From NCBI RefSeq assembly GCF_001194135.2, contig NC_068984.1:32608253-32672252 (forward strand): a DNA stretch of 64,000 nucleotides. The letters run 5' to 3'. Shown here one piece after another: positions 38,445-52,513 of this stretch (positions are counted from its first letter, which is position 1; every line of letters starts with the position of its first letter). The translations under genes and the position numbers were made by a program. This DNA comes from Octopus bimaculoides. Lineage: Eukaryota. The notes beneath the pieces are model-generated. The model saw only the letters and a list, made by a program, of their open reading frames with translations. It was not told the origin of the DNA and did not search any database.

Positions 38445-38989
38445 CACTTAAATCTGTTATTGCATGTGTGGTTATATGGGTGCACGTACTTGTAGAGAGC
38501 AGATGTGTATAAATACAGAGATACACCAAATCTAATTAAATGACAGTTGCAATGTCTCAACCACCACAATTCTTCCTGTATTAATTTCCTGCCTTGTTCT
38601 ATATGATTTGGACTCCTATATACCAATGGACGTTACATTCACAAATAAACATCTATGCCAGATTAATACATTCACTATTCTACTGTCTGAGAGATTAAAC
38701 TTATCAGCATGCATTGTTTGTTTGTTTTTGTTTTTTGTTTTCCAGTCACAAAGACTAATTTTTCAATCACGTAAGCATTCTTTCTAATCACAAAGACAGA
38801 TACTTGTCGTTACCTGTCTCACTGACTTTCTCCCTCACACCGGTACATTTTGATAGTAACACACAAAATCACGACTATGGCATAAAAGCCAGTAAATATA
38901 AAGACTCTCTCTTACCTCTCTCCTCATAAATTCTATGTTATATTCATCCTTTACAATTCTGAACGATACAAATATTAAAATCTATTTGA

Positions 38990-39700
38990 AAAACTCCCAC
39001 AGTTCAAGTGTCTTCATCTTGGTACAAAAGTAATAGTTAGTTTTAATAAGCGTTTTTGTCTATTCCCTGGCAATATATAATTGTGGACGGTTTGCTGATC
39101 AGTAAACAGTAACCATAGCCTTCTTTCCATAGCCTCTCCTGAGGAAAGTGCTTCACCTCAAGCGTCTACCAGGAATACGTCAGTTTCACATAAAATTTAT
39201 TTGTTTTCCACATAGAAAGTATTTATTTGTTTTTCAGCATGATGAAGATATGGATTATTTTTGTTGCACAAATAAAACTTAGAATTGTATCAGTGATGCT
39301 TTTAATTTTCGTTTAGCTCATAGAGCATTCATTTGTCGAGCTTTTTCGTTATCTAAATTAACAAACGTTGAACGCATTTGGATGATCAACGTATAGATTT
39401 TGTTTTAATTTCTTAAGATTCCTTTTGTGGGATAGCTTCAACAGCAGTCCTCAATTGGCCATCGTCTATTGCAAAAGGTAGTCCACAACGTTCCTCATCT
39501 TTAAGCTTTCGATTCCACCCAAAATGTTTAAAACTAATTTTGAGGTGTACATTTGATAATAGTTCTGGCCAAAATATTGCCAACAGTTACTTGATGTTTA
39601 TTTTGAACTCGTACGACATAAACCACAATAAATTTGCTATTTGCCCCGCCTAAAATTAATAGAAACAAACAATAGAAGCAAAACTATTAGCATAAATCGA
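38990..39700 (-). mobile_element. Heavily decayed Tc1/mariner-superfamily transposase remnant
   Basis: TFYVENK, AMVTVY*SANRPQLYC..GIDKNAY and LYQDEDT loosely echo the EK.F.VE, VMVW.GIS..G..GVKINA..Y and QQDGAP motifs. Confidence 0.35.
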
Positions 39701-41279
39701 TGGAAATCCGTCCCTCATAATGGTGTATTACATGAACATAGTTAAATAAAAGTTTATTTCAGAATAAGCATCAAATTTTGAAACTATTTTCGTACCAATC
39801 TAATATACATATGTATGCATGTATACATATTGGGTATGTGTGTGTGTGTGTGTATGGGTTCGCGTGTGGATATGTATGTATCTAGACATTTTTATCAATT
39901 TAATCTTTTTCTCTTCTCCTACTCATCTATTTCTCTCTTTTCTATTCTCTTCATCTAGCAGCTAACATAACTCTTGCAGCCGTCAGACGATAGATTACAG
40001 TGAACTGGTAAACTTTGTTGCTAATAGGCGCCATATTTTTATTTTTTGCATTTTTATTTCTTTATGTAATCGTAATTTCCAATAGAAAAGTTTCTTCCTA
40101 TTTTCATAATCAACTTTGCCGTATTTAACCATGATATCTAATCAAATGGTCTTCAAAGCAGTGCTCGTTCTATAGAAATCATGTTTGCTGCAGTGTCAGA
40201 CTAGACTGTTTTCAAGAATGATGGTTCATCTCAGTTAATGCAAGGTTTGTAATTATAAACATGAAATGTCATCGCTTCACAATTCCTCAGTTAAACTTCA
40301 GAGTAGCACATGATTAATATCAACAGGAGGATCAACTAACAAATAAATTGTACTGTAATATTTTAACTGACAAAGTGTAGATACACAGCAGTAGGCAATG
40401 TATAGCATACAGAGAGAAATTGTGCGTGAAATGCTAGTGATTCGCTCTAAAATTTGAGTTTATGCACTTAACCTGTTTATTAATGATTATTATAGGACTG
40501 TTAATACGGAAGTCCATATGTGTTAACTTAAACTATTAGAAAAAACATTATGTTGCCTCAATTAGCTCACTCCAAACAATCTTAAAGGCATATCTCATTG
40601 GGCATTGTAATGCATTTGATCATACACCTGCTTAATCAGTATAACTTTAGGCTTGAACATCAACAACAACGTCAGAATGAATTATATTTTACCCTATTTC
40701 ATTTGAGTGTACAATAAATTGTCTTTCGGTTATAAATGTAACTTTTGCAGCAATATGAAGTGCCTTGTTCAATATTATCTATCTATTCTATTTGTACCTT
40801 TCTTCTTACTTCAGTATTCCTCGTCTGCCGCCATCTCACCCTCATTCCTCGAATTACCCCTTCGACTCCCTGCCTACATCTATAGCTAAATCCCATCACT
40901 GTCATTTCAATATCCGCCCTTCCTTTTTTCTTCACCCCTACTCCTCTTTCTCAGTAGCCTCTCTTCCCTGCTATCCCACCCACACTCCCTACTTTGCTCG
41001 TTGTCTCTTCTTCTAGTCTTTTATAGCCTCCACTATCCCTGATTAATGAACATCAGTCTGTCGACATACCAACCAACGAAGATTCTCATTTCAGTATCTT
41101 CTCATCAATTTCTTGACTCACCACAACTACTTCTACTTCTATTCAATCTCCTAGTCACTCATATTCTCCTTCTCCATTCTCTGCTTCTCTTATCTCCTCT
41201 TGTTATTCCTCTACTTCGACACTTCACTCTGAACCCGCTACATCCTCCAACCTGCTTTTATTCTCTTCACTCTAATCTT

Positions 41280-41560
41280 AAATCTTCTAGACCAACGACG
41301 TGAACTGCTATTTGTTGAGTTTTCCACCCTGAGGAAGGAGGCCGGTATAACGGTGATGCTTATATGCACCCTCTACTGGTTGCATGCCTTTCAATTTTTG
41401 CACACTCCATCGACCAATTATGAACATCACACGTATTACGCAATTCCGAGGCCCGAGAAAAAGCTGCCGGACTTAAATTACCATCTCTCAACCTCTTAGT
41501 TTTCTGTTTTGTTTGTATTCCATGTAAATATATTTATTTTGTAAATATAAATATATAAGT
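41280..41560 (+). mobile_element. Penelope-type 3' tail after pyrimidine-rich low complexity
   Basis: CCCTGAGGAAGGAGG...CACCCTC is a decayed hammerhead-like core; it is followed by an AT-rich tail. Confidence 0.4.
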
Positions 41561-42004
41561 ATCTATAAATATTCATGCTTATACAGAAGTGTTCATTTTC
41601 ACTTTTCTTTCTCTCCTTCTATATCCCTATATGTATTTACATGTGTATATTATCTATCTATATTTTATGTATCACTCTCTCTTTCCCTCTTTCTCCCCCT
41701 CCCCTCTCTCTGCACACATACACATATACTATATAGATAAAAACTGTTTGATTCAAATCCATTGGTATACCGAGTTTCAAGCGTGATGCTAGTCTTTAGC
41801 CATTTTGGATTTGAATGAAAGAAGTTGAATCTTATAACCGTAAGGTGAGCTGCAATTGGTTGAGGAACGTCACGTGGTGTCGCGGTTGGATATTGGTATA
41901 TTAGCGGCAACAGTTACTTGGAAGATACCACATGATGAAGACGTGGTGTTTATTATATTATATATACATACATGTGTGTAGATATCCGTATATGTGTGTG
42001 TGTT

Positions 42005-42215
42005 TTCTTTTTATTCTTTTATTCATGTACTTGTTTCAGTCATTTGACTGCGGCCATGCTGGAGCACCGCCTTTAGTCGAGCAAATGGACCCTAGAACAT
42101 ATCCTTTGTAAGCCTAGTACTTATACTCTTAGTCTCTTTTGCCGAACCGGCTAAGTTATGTGGACGTAAACACACCAGCATCGGTTGTCAAGTGATGTTG
42201 GGGGACAAACACAGA
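42005..42215 (-). mobile_element. 3' half of the 21695-family SINE
   Basis: TTTCAGTCATTTGACTGCGGCCATGCTGGAGCACCGCCTTTAGTCGAGCAAAT...CACCAGCATCGGTTGTCAAG is the reverse complement of the 21930-22105 body. Confidence 0.9.
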
Positions 42216-42251
42216 CACAGAAACATACACACACACTCACACACACACATA

Positions 42252-42282
<31 letters not shown>

Positions 42283-42446
42283 CATATATATTTACACACA
42301 CAGAAACACACACATATATATACATACATACATATATATGCATATTGTATATAAGTGCATGTGTACGTCAGTTTTCACAACTATATTTCTCATAAAATTA
42401 GTATTTGGTTAGTATATGTTTACTAGTTTGTGTGTGCACGCGCGTG

Positions 42447-42476
42447 TATCTATCTATCTATCTATCTATCTGTCTG

Positions 42477-42560
<84 letters not shown>
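42447..42560. repeat. (TCTA)n tetranucleotide microsatellite
   Basis: Direct reading. Confidence 0.98.
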
Positions 42561-42561
<1 letters not shown>

Positions 42562-43928
42562 TGATGTATATATATATATATATATANNNNNNNNNNNNNN
42601 NNNNNNNNNNNNNNNNNNNNNNNNNNNNNNNNNNNNNNNNNNNNNNNNNNNNNNNNNNNNNNNNNNNNNNNNNNNNNNNNNNNNNNNNNNNNNNNNNNNN
42701 NNNNNNNNNNNNNNNNNNNNNNNNNNNNNNNNNNNNNNNNNNNNNNNNNNNNNNNNNNNNNNNNNNNNNNNNNNNNNNNNNNNNNNNNNNNNNNNNNNNN
42801 NNNNNNNNNNNNNNNNNNNNNNNNNNNNNNNNNNNNNNNNNNNNNNNNNNNNNNNNNNNNNNNNNNNNNNNNNNNNNNNNNNNNNNNNNNNNNNNNNNNN
42901 NNNNNNNNNNNNNNNNNNNNNNNNNNNNNNNNNNNNNNNNNNNNNNNNNNNNNNNNNNNNNNNNNNNNNNNNNNNNNNNNNNNNNNNNNNNNNNNNNNNN
43001 NNNNNNNNNNNNNNNNNNNNNNNNNNNNNNNNNNNNNNNNNNNNNNNNNNNNNNNNNNNNNNNNNNNNNNNNNNNNNNNNNNNNNNNNNNNNNNNNNNNN
43101 NNNNNNNNNNNNNNNNNNNNNNNNNNNNNNNNNNNNNNNNNNNNNNNNNNNNNNNNNNNNNNNNNNNNNNNNNNNNNNNNNNNNNNNNNNNNNNNNNNNN
43201 NNNNNNNNNNNNNNNNNNNNNNNNNNNNNNNNNNNNNNNNNNNNNNNNNNNNNNNNNNNNNNNNNNNNNNNNNNNNNNNNNNNNNNNNNNNNNNNNNNNN
43301 NNNNNNNNNNNNNNNNNNNNNNNNNNNNNNNNNNNNNNNNNNNNNNNNNNNNNNNNNNNNNNNNNNNNNNNNNNNNNNNNNNNNNNNNNNNNNNNNNNNN
43401 NNCCCCACCCTTTGGAAAAGATTTTCCCCACAAATTACTTTATAATCGTAATGTATGCCGTTTCAAAGGTATTTCTATAAAATTTCATTGAAAAAACCCC
43501 ATTTTCCTAAAATCTTGTGAATCTTCCGAAATCCTCTCCCCACCCATCTGTTGCTTTGCGCGCATATTTTTCATATTCGTTTCCTACACCCATTCCAGTA
43601 TTTTTTTATTTTGACTTTCATTAACCACGCTTTTTTCTCAATTAATTAAATGAGGTACTGTATATTGTACGTTGATTTTCCAATACATATTACGGACATT
43701 TTTGGAACAAGTCGTCTTATTAAGACTTGATATTTCACATTTGAAACCCATGTGATTATTCTTGGCGCGGTAGTAACTAAGTAATCAACTATTTACAAAC
43801 AAACGCACATGTATACATCATTACAGTTGTGCCGATTTCAGACAAAAAAGAATTTCTAAAGTTACCTTCATTTTTTTATATTCTCCGGCTTTCTAGTTGT
43901 GTAAGATATATACGTGTGTGTGTGTGTC

Positions 43929-44015
<87 letters not shown>

Positions 44016-44247
44016 ATTTCATTCGGAGATTTTATTTAACTGATCAATTATCAACAGGACAACTACAGATTTCTGCCTCACTCGCCGACTTTGGATGATC
44101 ATAAAACTTTCAGAAAAATGGATATTTTTTAATGCAATTTTCTACGAATATGTGTTACACCATCTAGATTCCAAATATGCCAAATTTTTTTTGGGGTGGA
44201 GTGTTTTAGGAGTCGTGGGGAGGATTTTCGGAAAATTCACCGGAGTC

Positions 44248-45256
44248 CACTTCAATTCGCTTAACTTTAGTAACAGTCACTGTCTCTGTGAGCAAGCCAT
44301 CTTAGCTCCACGTAATGATGCTGTGAACAAAATCGACTGGGATCTCTTGCAGCTGTTGCTCAGTGCTCAGACAAGAACAGTCTTTCAAATCCCTTCGACA
44401 CTGTCAGTGACCAGGACCAGGCAGTAGTTTTTCCAGCTGAGTTCTTGCATTCTCTACAGCCATCTGGGATGCTATCTCGCCCCTTAACACTTAAAAGTGG
44501 GTGGGGGGCTCAATCATGCTGCTCAGGAATTGGGATCCACCTCGTCTGTGCAATGATACAAGACTGGTGGTGAAAGTGATGTGACCCTATGGCCTAGAGG
44601 TTACAATTATGACCGGGTACTATAAAGGTGAGGATGTCTTCATTCCATGGATCCTGTTAATCCCATATGACTTCCCCTTTGAATTTAAACAGTTCCAGTT
44701 CCCAGTGAAACTAAGTTTCACTGTGTCACTAAACAAGTCTCAAGGACAGTATCTCAAGTTTGTTGGACTTCACCTTGCTTCTCTCATGGGCAATTATATG
44801 CAGGATGTTAGCGAGCTGGAAGTTCCCAAAATCTTTTCATTTATAAACCAATTAAAGAACACACACAAAACATCGTGTATTTAGAAGCTCTAGATAATTA
44901 AACTGTGACTGATTTCTGGATTTGTTTCAATACATTTGTTTATACTCATGTCATCTGATAGAATATTTGTTAAATGTACTTATTAACAGAAGTTGAGCGC
45001 CCACAGACTGGTTCTTCTCAAATTTATGCATTTTCAGGTTCAATGTGTTTCAGTTGAAGGTGATTGCAAAGACAAAGAACTACCTGGATTTTTAACAATT
45101 TAATTAGTGAGAACATCGGATAAAATATGTTATAGACATTAATAGCTTCTACCTCAGCTAATTACTGCATAGTCTATGTTTCACGTAAGAGATCTAAAAG
45201 GCATTTTAAATTTCATTCTTTTCTTTAACCCAGGCAACGCCAGGTATTTCTGCTAG
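44248..45256 (+). mobile_element. Helitron 3' part: PIF1-type helicase C-terminus and canonical 3' end
   Basis: EQAILAPRNDAVNKI, FPAEFLHSLQPSG, IMLLRNWDPPRLCNDTRLVV, FQFPVKLSFTVSLNKSQGQ and FSHGQLY. A decayed hairpin ACCCAG GCAACG CCAGGT (45228-45245) precedes CTAG (45253-45256), followed by T. Confidence 0.9.
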
Positions 45257-45919
45257 TATATACATATGTATAGACACACACACACACACACACACANNNN
45301 NNNNNNNNNNNNNNNNNNNNNNNNNNNNNNNNNNNNNNNNNNNNNNNNNNNNNNNNNNNNNNNNNNNNNNNNNNNNNNNNNNNNNNNNNNNNNNNNNNNN
45401 NNNNNNNNNNNNNNNNNNNNNNNNNNNNNNNNNNNNNNNNNNNNNNNNNNNNNNNNNNNNNNNNNNNNNNNNNNNNNNNNNNNNNNNNNNNNNNNNNNNN
45501 NNNNNNNNNNNNNNNNNNNNNNNNNNNNNNNNNNNNNNNNNNNNNNNNNNNNNNNNNNNNNNNNNNNNNNNNNNNNNNNNNNNNNNNNNNNNNNNNNNNN
45601 NNNNNNNNNNNNNNNNNNNNNNNNNNNNNNNNNNNNNNNNNNNNNNNNNNNNNNNNNNNNNNNNNNNNNNNNNNNNNNNNNNNNNNNNNNNNNNNNNNNN
45701 NNNNNNNNNNNNNNNNNNNNNNNNNNNNNNNNNNNNNNNNNNNNNNNNNNNNNNNNNNNNNNNNNNNNNNNNNNNNNNNNNNNNNNNNNNNNNNNNNNNN
45801 NNNNNNNNNNNNNNNNNNNNNNNNNNNNNNNNNNNNNNNNNNNNNNNNNNNNNNNNNNNNNNNNNNNNNNNNNNNNNNNNNNNNNNNNNNNNNNNNNNNN
45901 NNNNNNNNNNNNNNNNNNN

Positions 45920-45984
<65 letters not shown>

Positions 45985-46304
45985 ATATATATGCATATGT
46001 ATATAAATGCTAAATAGTTGCGATTATGTATGCACATGTACCTACATATACAATATACTTAATCACGTATGTTTGCATACATACCTAATCATAAATAGAT
46101 GCATTTATTCCTGAGGCCATACAGCTAACACGTGCAGAACATTATAATTATTAATGCATGCAGAACACCCGCACCTTGCCCCAACAGATATTCACTTTTA
46201 CCGGAGTCTGTTTGTGGGTGTGCATATGTGTGAATGTAGATATGTAAATGGATGCCTTTAAATATATTTATATTTATGTTATTCCGATTATGAAAGAAAA
46301 TGCA

Positions 46305-46307
46305 ATA

Positions 46308-46363
<56 letters not shown>

Positions 46364-46413
46364 CGTTGTAATTGCTATTATTATCATTATTATAATTTAT
46401 TATCATTATTATA

Positions 46414-46483
<70 letters not shown>

Positions 46484-46485
46484 GT
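46305..46485. repeat. (ACT)n followed by (ATT)n microsatellites
   Basis: Direct reading. Confidence 0.97.
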
Positions 46486-47267
46486 GGCAATAAAAATCAA
46501 ATGCTACTTTCTACTGCAATAGATAAATTACAAAAACTTTTGCAGAGAAAAAAAAATGGTGAACCATAAGAGGAGCAACAACATATGAACGTTCTCTCCA
46601 ACCAGCATGGCACTACACAAATCCGATGCTCACAGTCAAATACACTATAGCCCATAATATACATACACACATATATATACACACACATATGCATATTCAT
46701 ATATACATTCACACATGATTTCTTTGATGCAATAAAACCAATTTAATGTGATATATAGCAAGGAAAGAGAGGGTGAGAAATAAATAATACAGAAACATTT
46801 ATTGCTTCATTTTAATGTACATGTATTGCATGCACTATTATTTTGTATATTATATATGTGTGTGTGTGCGTGTGTGTATGTATATATATATATATATATA
46901 TATANNNNNNNNNNNNNNNNNNNNNNNNNNNNNNNNNNNNNNNNNNNNNNNNNNNNNNNNNNNNNNNNNNNNNNNNNNNNNNNNNNNNNNNNNNNNNNNN
47001 NNNNNNNNNNNNNNNNNNNNNNNNNNNNNNNNNNNNNNNNNNNNNNNNNNNNNNNNNNNNNNNNNNNNNNNNNNNNNNNNNNNNNNNNNNNNNNNNNNNN
47101 NNNNNNNNNNNNNNNNNNNNNNNNNNNNNNNNNNNNNNNNNNNNNNNNNNNNNNNNNNNNNNNNNNNNNNNNNNNNNNNNNNNNNNNNNNNNNNNNNNNN
47201 NNNNNNNNNNNNNNNNNNNNNNNNNNNNATATATATATATAATGCACACACACACACATATGTATGT

Positions 47268-47317
<50 letters not shown>

Positions 47318-47904
47318 CATACATATATGCAATAGGTAGATAGATTTATGCATATTTGTGTGTGTGTGTGTGTGTGTAAGCATACATACTATTTCTGCTA
47401 TCTGCACAAACAAGGAACCCAAATATGTTTTAATGAAATATGTTACTACTTACAACATGATATATGCTTTCTTGTGAAAGGGAAAATAGAATAAATAGTG
47501 GAAGCATTAGTTCTATGCTTCTACTAAAAAGAAACATTTATGAAGAAGAGGAAACAAGCAATTACATCAATAACAATTGTACTTGCTATAATAATAATAA
47601 CAATTGTAATAATAATAAGAGCATTCAGAGAGCGCAAGGCTCCGCCAAGGCAACACCAACATCCTCTCAGCGATTAACCGGAGATGATTTTTAAAATGAG
47701 AATGTCTGAAATAAAACTCGACTGCTTTCACAAACGAGAATACTAAAAAATGAACCAGACTGCTCTCAAAAATTAAGTAAAAAATCCGGAAAAATAATCC
47801 AGAGTCCTTATCTGGTACCTGATCGATCCCAATGGTAGTCATGGAATGTGAAGTTGGGTGTGCAGGAAGTGTTTGTAATGCTGTGTGCGTGTCATCTGCA
47901 GTGG

Positions 47905-48095
47905 GAACAGGGCCTTTCTTTAGTCTATTCACTGGTATAGTGTCTTTATGACCATTAAGGTCTATATTCGAAAATTTATCTGTACGTGAAAGAAAATGGA
48001 AAGGACCTACATACAGTGCTGTTAACGGAGGTTTAACAACATCATTGTGCACAAAAACGTGAGTCCAAGAAGTAAAGCTTTTTTCAAAGGAGAGT
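47905..48095 (-). mobile_element. Gypsy LTR-retrotransposon integrase C-terminal (GPY/F) fragment
   Basis: SWTHVFVHNDVVKPPLTALYVGPFHFLSRTDKFSNIDLNGHKDTIPVNRLK matches THVFVR.D....PL..PY.GP..V..R..K...I...G..D.VS.DRLK. Confidence 0.85.
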
Positions 48096-48419
48096 TAGAA
48101 ACGCAATTGTCAAGTAGGTAAGAGGTTTTAAACAAGAGCAATATATTCAAAATTGGTGAAACTAAGAATTGTCGAGGATAAATTAAATTTATTTTTATTA
48201 CTGAATATTTAGTGTTATTTAATTTCTGAACGGTTTTGCTGCTGCTTGTTTATGCAGTTTGATTTTTTTATCCATCAGTTTCTACTAAGATAGAGACGTG
48301 AGTAAAATTAATAATAGAGAAACAAAAATAAAGCTTTGGAAACAGCAATGACACCATAACTTAAATGGAAACCATGAGCATGCTTTCAAGGGAGATAATC
48401 AGAGAAAGACTTGAAACTA

Positions 48420-48649
48420 AACATAAGAGCGTAATACTTCATGTAAGGTAAAGTAAATATAACAAGTTATCCAGAATTCTTGTCATGGTACCGGATCAAT
48501 CCCCAAATATACTCAGTTTGGGCCAGTCATGAGGCCAAACATCACTGAAAGTTTCATCCAAATCCATCTAGCAGTTCTTGAGATATCTTGTCCAAAGACA
48601 AACAAACAAACACGACTGAAAGCAATACTTCCACCTTCGCTAAGGCAGA

Positions 48650-48660
<11 letters not shown>
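48420..48660 (-). mobile_element. HINE/DINE-like element, 5' part
   Basis: Minus strand starts TTATTACCTCTGCCTTAGCGAAGG...GTTTGTTTGT...CAAGATATCTCAAGAAC; same family as 56950-57290. Confidence 0.65.
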
Positions 48661-48707
<47 letters not shown>

Positions 48708-49163
48708 GTAGCTGGAAACTTATACCACTCTCACATGTTATCTACTATTTGCAGTATGTTATCTTCTTGAATCTATGAGATGCTTTATGTCTCACAAACT
48801 GCTTTACAACATGCACTGAGCGCCATTTATGATGTCACCCATACTTGAGTTTTTGTCTGATAGGATTGGAGTATACTATCTACTCTGAATCAATTTTTCT
48901 CTGAACTGCTGCTCTCCTAGATGGGCTGTTCTCACTGAAGCTCACAAAGTCCATGTCTTTTTCTGAGATGTTGCTAGCAGCCAAGAGATCCTTAATGATA
49001 ATAAAATGATATATGTGTAAGGATTACTTGATTAGGTAAAATATAGCAAGCCTTTTGTTCTGCCTTTCTTGAGAAATGATAAATATTATATATACTGCTC
49101 ATGGCCACATTACAAATTGCCTCCCTAAATGTACTTTTCAGTTGATGAAGGTGAATACAAAGG

Positions 49164-49213
<50 letters not shown>

Positions 49214-50039
49214 CCAATAGGGAATGATAAAGAGAAGGAGTTTATGCAGTTACCTTTATGCAGTATGCTTTTTACTTAAGATGTTCTGAATATAAATCTC
49301 TGCTATTAACTCATTATTATCAACTAACTAGGGAGCCTCTAAGTGGTGACTCGACCTGCTGGGAATAATAACCAAATATCCCACAAAATATACCTTACTC
49401 TCTGAATTAAAGAAAGAATACATTTAAAAATGTAGTGTAGTCTAATGATTGCTACGCAATACCAGAAAAAAAGTTGGGTTATTTAAAATTGGAAAATCTT
49501 TTGACCATGTGATACATGCTCTTTTCATCTCTTATTTAATATGCTTTTTGTCATCTCTCAATAAATGCTCTATTTTAATATGTTCAAATTTCATTTTGTG
49601 TTTATTAATTCCATTGTTGGGCATCAATTTTCATGATATTCTTTTAAGTATAGAATGTCGCCTTTCATGTGGTCCTTTATTTCTATATGGAATATATGTT
49701 TCTTTTTACTAATTATAAATTTTTGTTATTCTGATATTTCTTAGTGAATTTACTTTTTATATATTTTAATTAAAAACGACATATTTAATTTAAATACTGA
49801 ATATTGTTTCAATTTATTTCGTTTTGAATAAAAACTATCGCATGAGAATTTAACACATTTAGTCTCTATGTTATCAACAAATTATTATTAGGCAATTAAA
49901 TTGTAGAATATCAGCATGTTTATCCCCAAGTCAATAATTATTCAGCAAATCTATGACAAAAGGTATTCCAGTTTTAACCATCTTATTACACACACATACA
50001 TGCGCACATACACACATACATGTGTGTGTGTGTGTTACA

Positions 50040-50230
50040 TCTGTTACTCGTTTCAGTCATTAGACTGCTGGGGCACCACCTAATAGTAATTTAATAAAAC
50101 AGATTGACCCCTGTACTATTTTTAGTTTTTTTGTTTTTTTTGTTAAGCCTGGTATTTATTCTGTTTTGTTTTGCCGAAATGCTAAGTTTACATAACATTA
50201 ACACACTAACACTAATAGCCAAGTGTGGTG
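50040..50230 (-). mobile_element. Decayed 3' part of the 21695-family SINE
   Basis: GTTTCAGTCATTAGACTGC, GCACCACC, TTGCCGAAATGCTAAGTT. Confidence 0.65.
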
Positions 50231-50238
50231 GGGCACAA

Positions 50239-50291
<53 letters not shown>

Positions 50292-50305
50292 TACACACAA
50301 ATGCA

Positions 50306-50537
50306 CAGGGTGTAGCAGAAAGGTTGCCTCGATTTCAAAGATTAATAAAATATAATCACATGAAGATGTATAAAAAAGACTTTGTATTTCTATGAAGTTC
50401 ATTAAATACCATTGTTTGTCCTGTTTTAGGTAGTACCTACCATGGCCTGCAGTGGAGAGCATCGTTTTTCCTTGTATGTTCATGTGTTTATTTTCTGTTA
50501 ACCTTTGAAATCGGGGCAACGTTTCTGCCACACCCTG
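50306..50537. mobile_element. Tc1/mariner-type MITE with about 60-bp TIRs
   Basis: CAGGGTGTAGCAGAAAGGTTGCCTCGATTTCAAAG versus CTTTGAAATCGGGGCAACGTTTCTGCCACACCCTG. TA follows at 50538-50539; the left flank is CA. Confidence 0.85.
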
Positions 50538-51069
50538 TATAATTCAAAATTTAACTTGCATGACAAATAACCAGTGGTTAAAAATTCCGTATGTGTTCTC
50601 ATATATCTATGGAGAGGTCATGTTAAGGACACGTATTACTGTCTTTGTAACATTTTGTATGAATCAGCACCGGAGTGTGTCACAGAGAACATGGAGAAAA
50701 CAAAAATAAAAGAGGAGAAATTGTTTATAAAATATTTACTTACATCGTTTTACGTACACCTCATTAACAAAGATCGAGTATTATTGTACAGTGTAAATTA
50801 CATATTGAAATTATATTGTGAAATTTTCTCAGAGATATAAAATTTATGACAGATTTGCCATCGTAGTAATAACCAGCATTTCTCAAATGCAGCTTGATTA
50901 TATAAATTGCTTTATAAACCCAATAATCATCATTTGTTAATGGAATGTATCTAAGATAGTTTAAGTAAATATTTTATAAACACTCATATACATACGATGA
51001 GCTTCCATACACACCCCATCTACAATTTGCCTCGCAAGCCATTGGCATACATGCAAAAACACACACATA

Positions 51070-52513
51070 CGAGGGGGTACCCAAAAGAAACCGGAATTTT
51101 GCAATATTATTTTATTCACTTAGTTTTACACGGGTGAACATAAAGGACGTGGACCATACTCGCTTTCGTTTTTTTTCCCTTTTTTTTTTATCCNNNNNNN
51201 NNNNNNNNNNNNNNNNNNNNNNNNNNNNNNNNNNNNNNNNNNNNNNNNNNNNNNNNNNNNNNNNNNNNNNNNNNNNNNNNNNNNNNNNNNNNNNNNNNNN
51301 NNNNNNNNNNNNNNNNNNNNNNNNNNNNNNNNNNNNNNNNNNNNNNNNNNNNNNNNNNNNNNNNNNNNNNNNNNNNNNNNNNNNNNNNNNNNNNNNNNNN
51401 NNNNNNNNNNNNNNNNNNNNNNNNNNNNNNNNNNNNNNNNNNNNNNNNNNNNNNNNNNNNNNNNNNNNNNNNNNNNNNNNNNNNNNNNNNNNNNNNNNNN
51501 NNNNNNNNNNNNNNNNNNNNNNNNNNNNNNNNNNNNNNNNNNNNNNNNNNNNNNNNNNNNNNNNNNNNNNNNNNNNNNNNNNNNNNNNNNNNNNNNNNNN
51601 NNNNNNNNNNNNNNNNNNNNNNNNNNNNNNNNNNNNNNNNNNNNNNNNNNNNNNNNNNNNNNNNNNNNNNNNNNNNGAAATCTCCGCAGTCGAAAAGTTG
51701 GGTTTCTGTAGGAAAAAAACAAAACAAAAAACAAAATAAATAAAAACGAAAGTGGGCGTGGTTCATATCTTTTACTTCCGACTTTTACATATCTACACTT
51801 TCATCGCCTTCAAAGTATTCTGCATTGGAAGCAATGTATCAATCTAGACGCGTTTTCCACACTTCGAAGCACTGCTGGAACTCTTGAAAAGAGATGTCTT
51901 TTAACTCCCCGTCGTTTTTTCCTTTACCACTTCCATATCTGCAAATTCCGCAGCATCAGCTTTCGTCATCCGTTAACGACATGCATTCAGTCGTGACTGC
52001 TTTTGATTTTCCGTGAGCATGCAAGGCACAACTCTTATCATTCACAATTCCTCGCCCAAAAATTCGTTGGTAGGAGCTCCATGACACCCCAGTCATATCA
52101 ACAAGTATGTCAAATTTTCAGTTATGACTCCACGAGATCAGTTTATGAATTTTCATAATGTTTTCATTTGTTCGGGAGTTCGACGGTCGCCCTGAACGAG
52201 GTTGATCTTCAAGCGACAAGTGACCATTCCTAAAACGCGAAAGCCATTCGTAAACTTGTTTTGCTCATGTAAGCGTCTTTGTAAGCTGTTTGAAGCATGA
52301 CAGCTGTTTCGGCTGCCGTTTTTCCTAGCAGAAAACAGAATTTCACGGAAGCACGCTGTTCCTTCGTTTCAGCCATCGCAAAAATCGACAAACGCCGGTC
52401 TGCGTACTGATTCCGGAGAGTTGTATCAAGTGACTTCTAACGGCAAAACCCCGAACTACAACGGGCTTGTCCCACAGAAGAACGTTTCCGGTTACTTTCG
52501 AGAACTCCAATCG
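51070..52513 (-). mobile_element. Internally deleted mariner with both termini, spanning a gap
   Basis: ATG at 52376: MAETKEQRASVKFCFLLGKTAAETAVMLQTAY...LEDQPRSGRP. C-terminus EVWKTRLD*YIASNAEYFEGD. No DD34D core between them. Divergent TIRs with TA at 51068-51069 and 52514-52515. Confidence 0.88.
51144..51770. mobile_element. Nested TIR element inside the mariner 3' end (centre is a gap); possibly Kolobok-like
   Basis: AGGACGTGGACCATACTCGCTTTCGTTTT versus AAAACGAAAGTGGGCGTGGTTCATATCT (inverted). Flanks ATAA and TTTA resemble a decayed TTAA. Confidence 0.5.

Noticed and set aside
38520-38640. VYRSPN CR1-type endonuclease motif on the minus strand
   Set aside because: A single short motif without other APE motifs in register.
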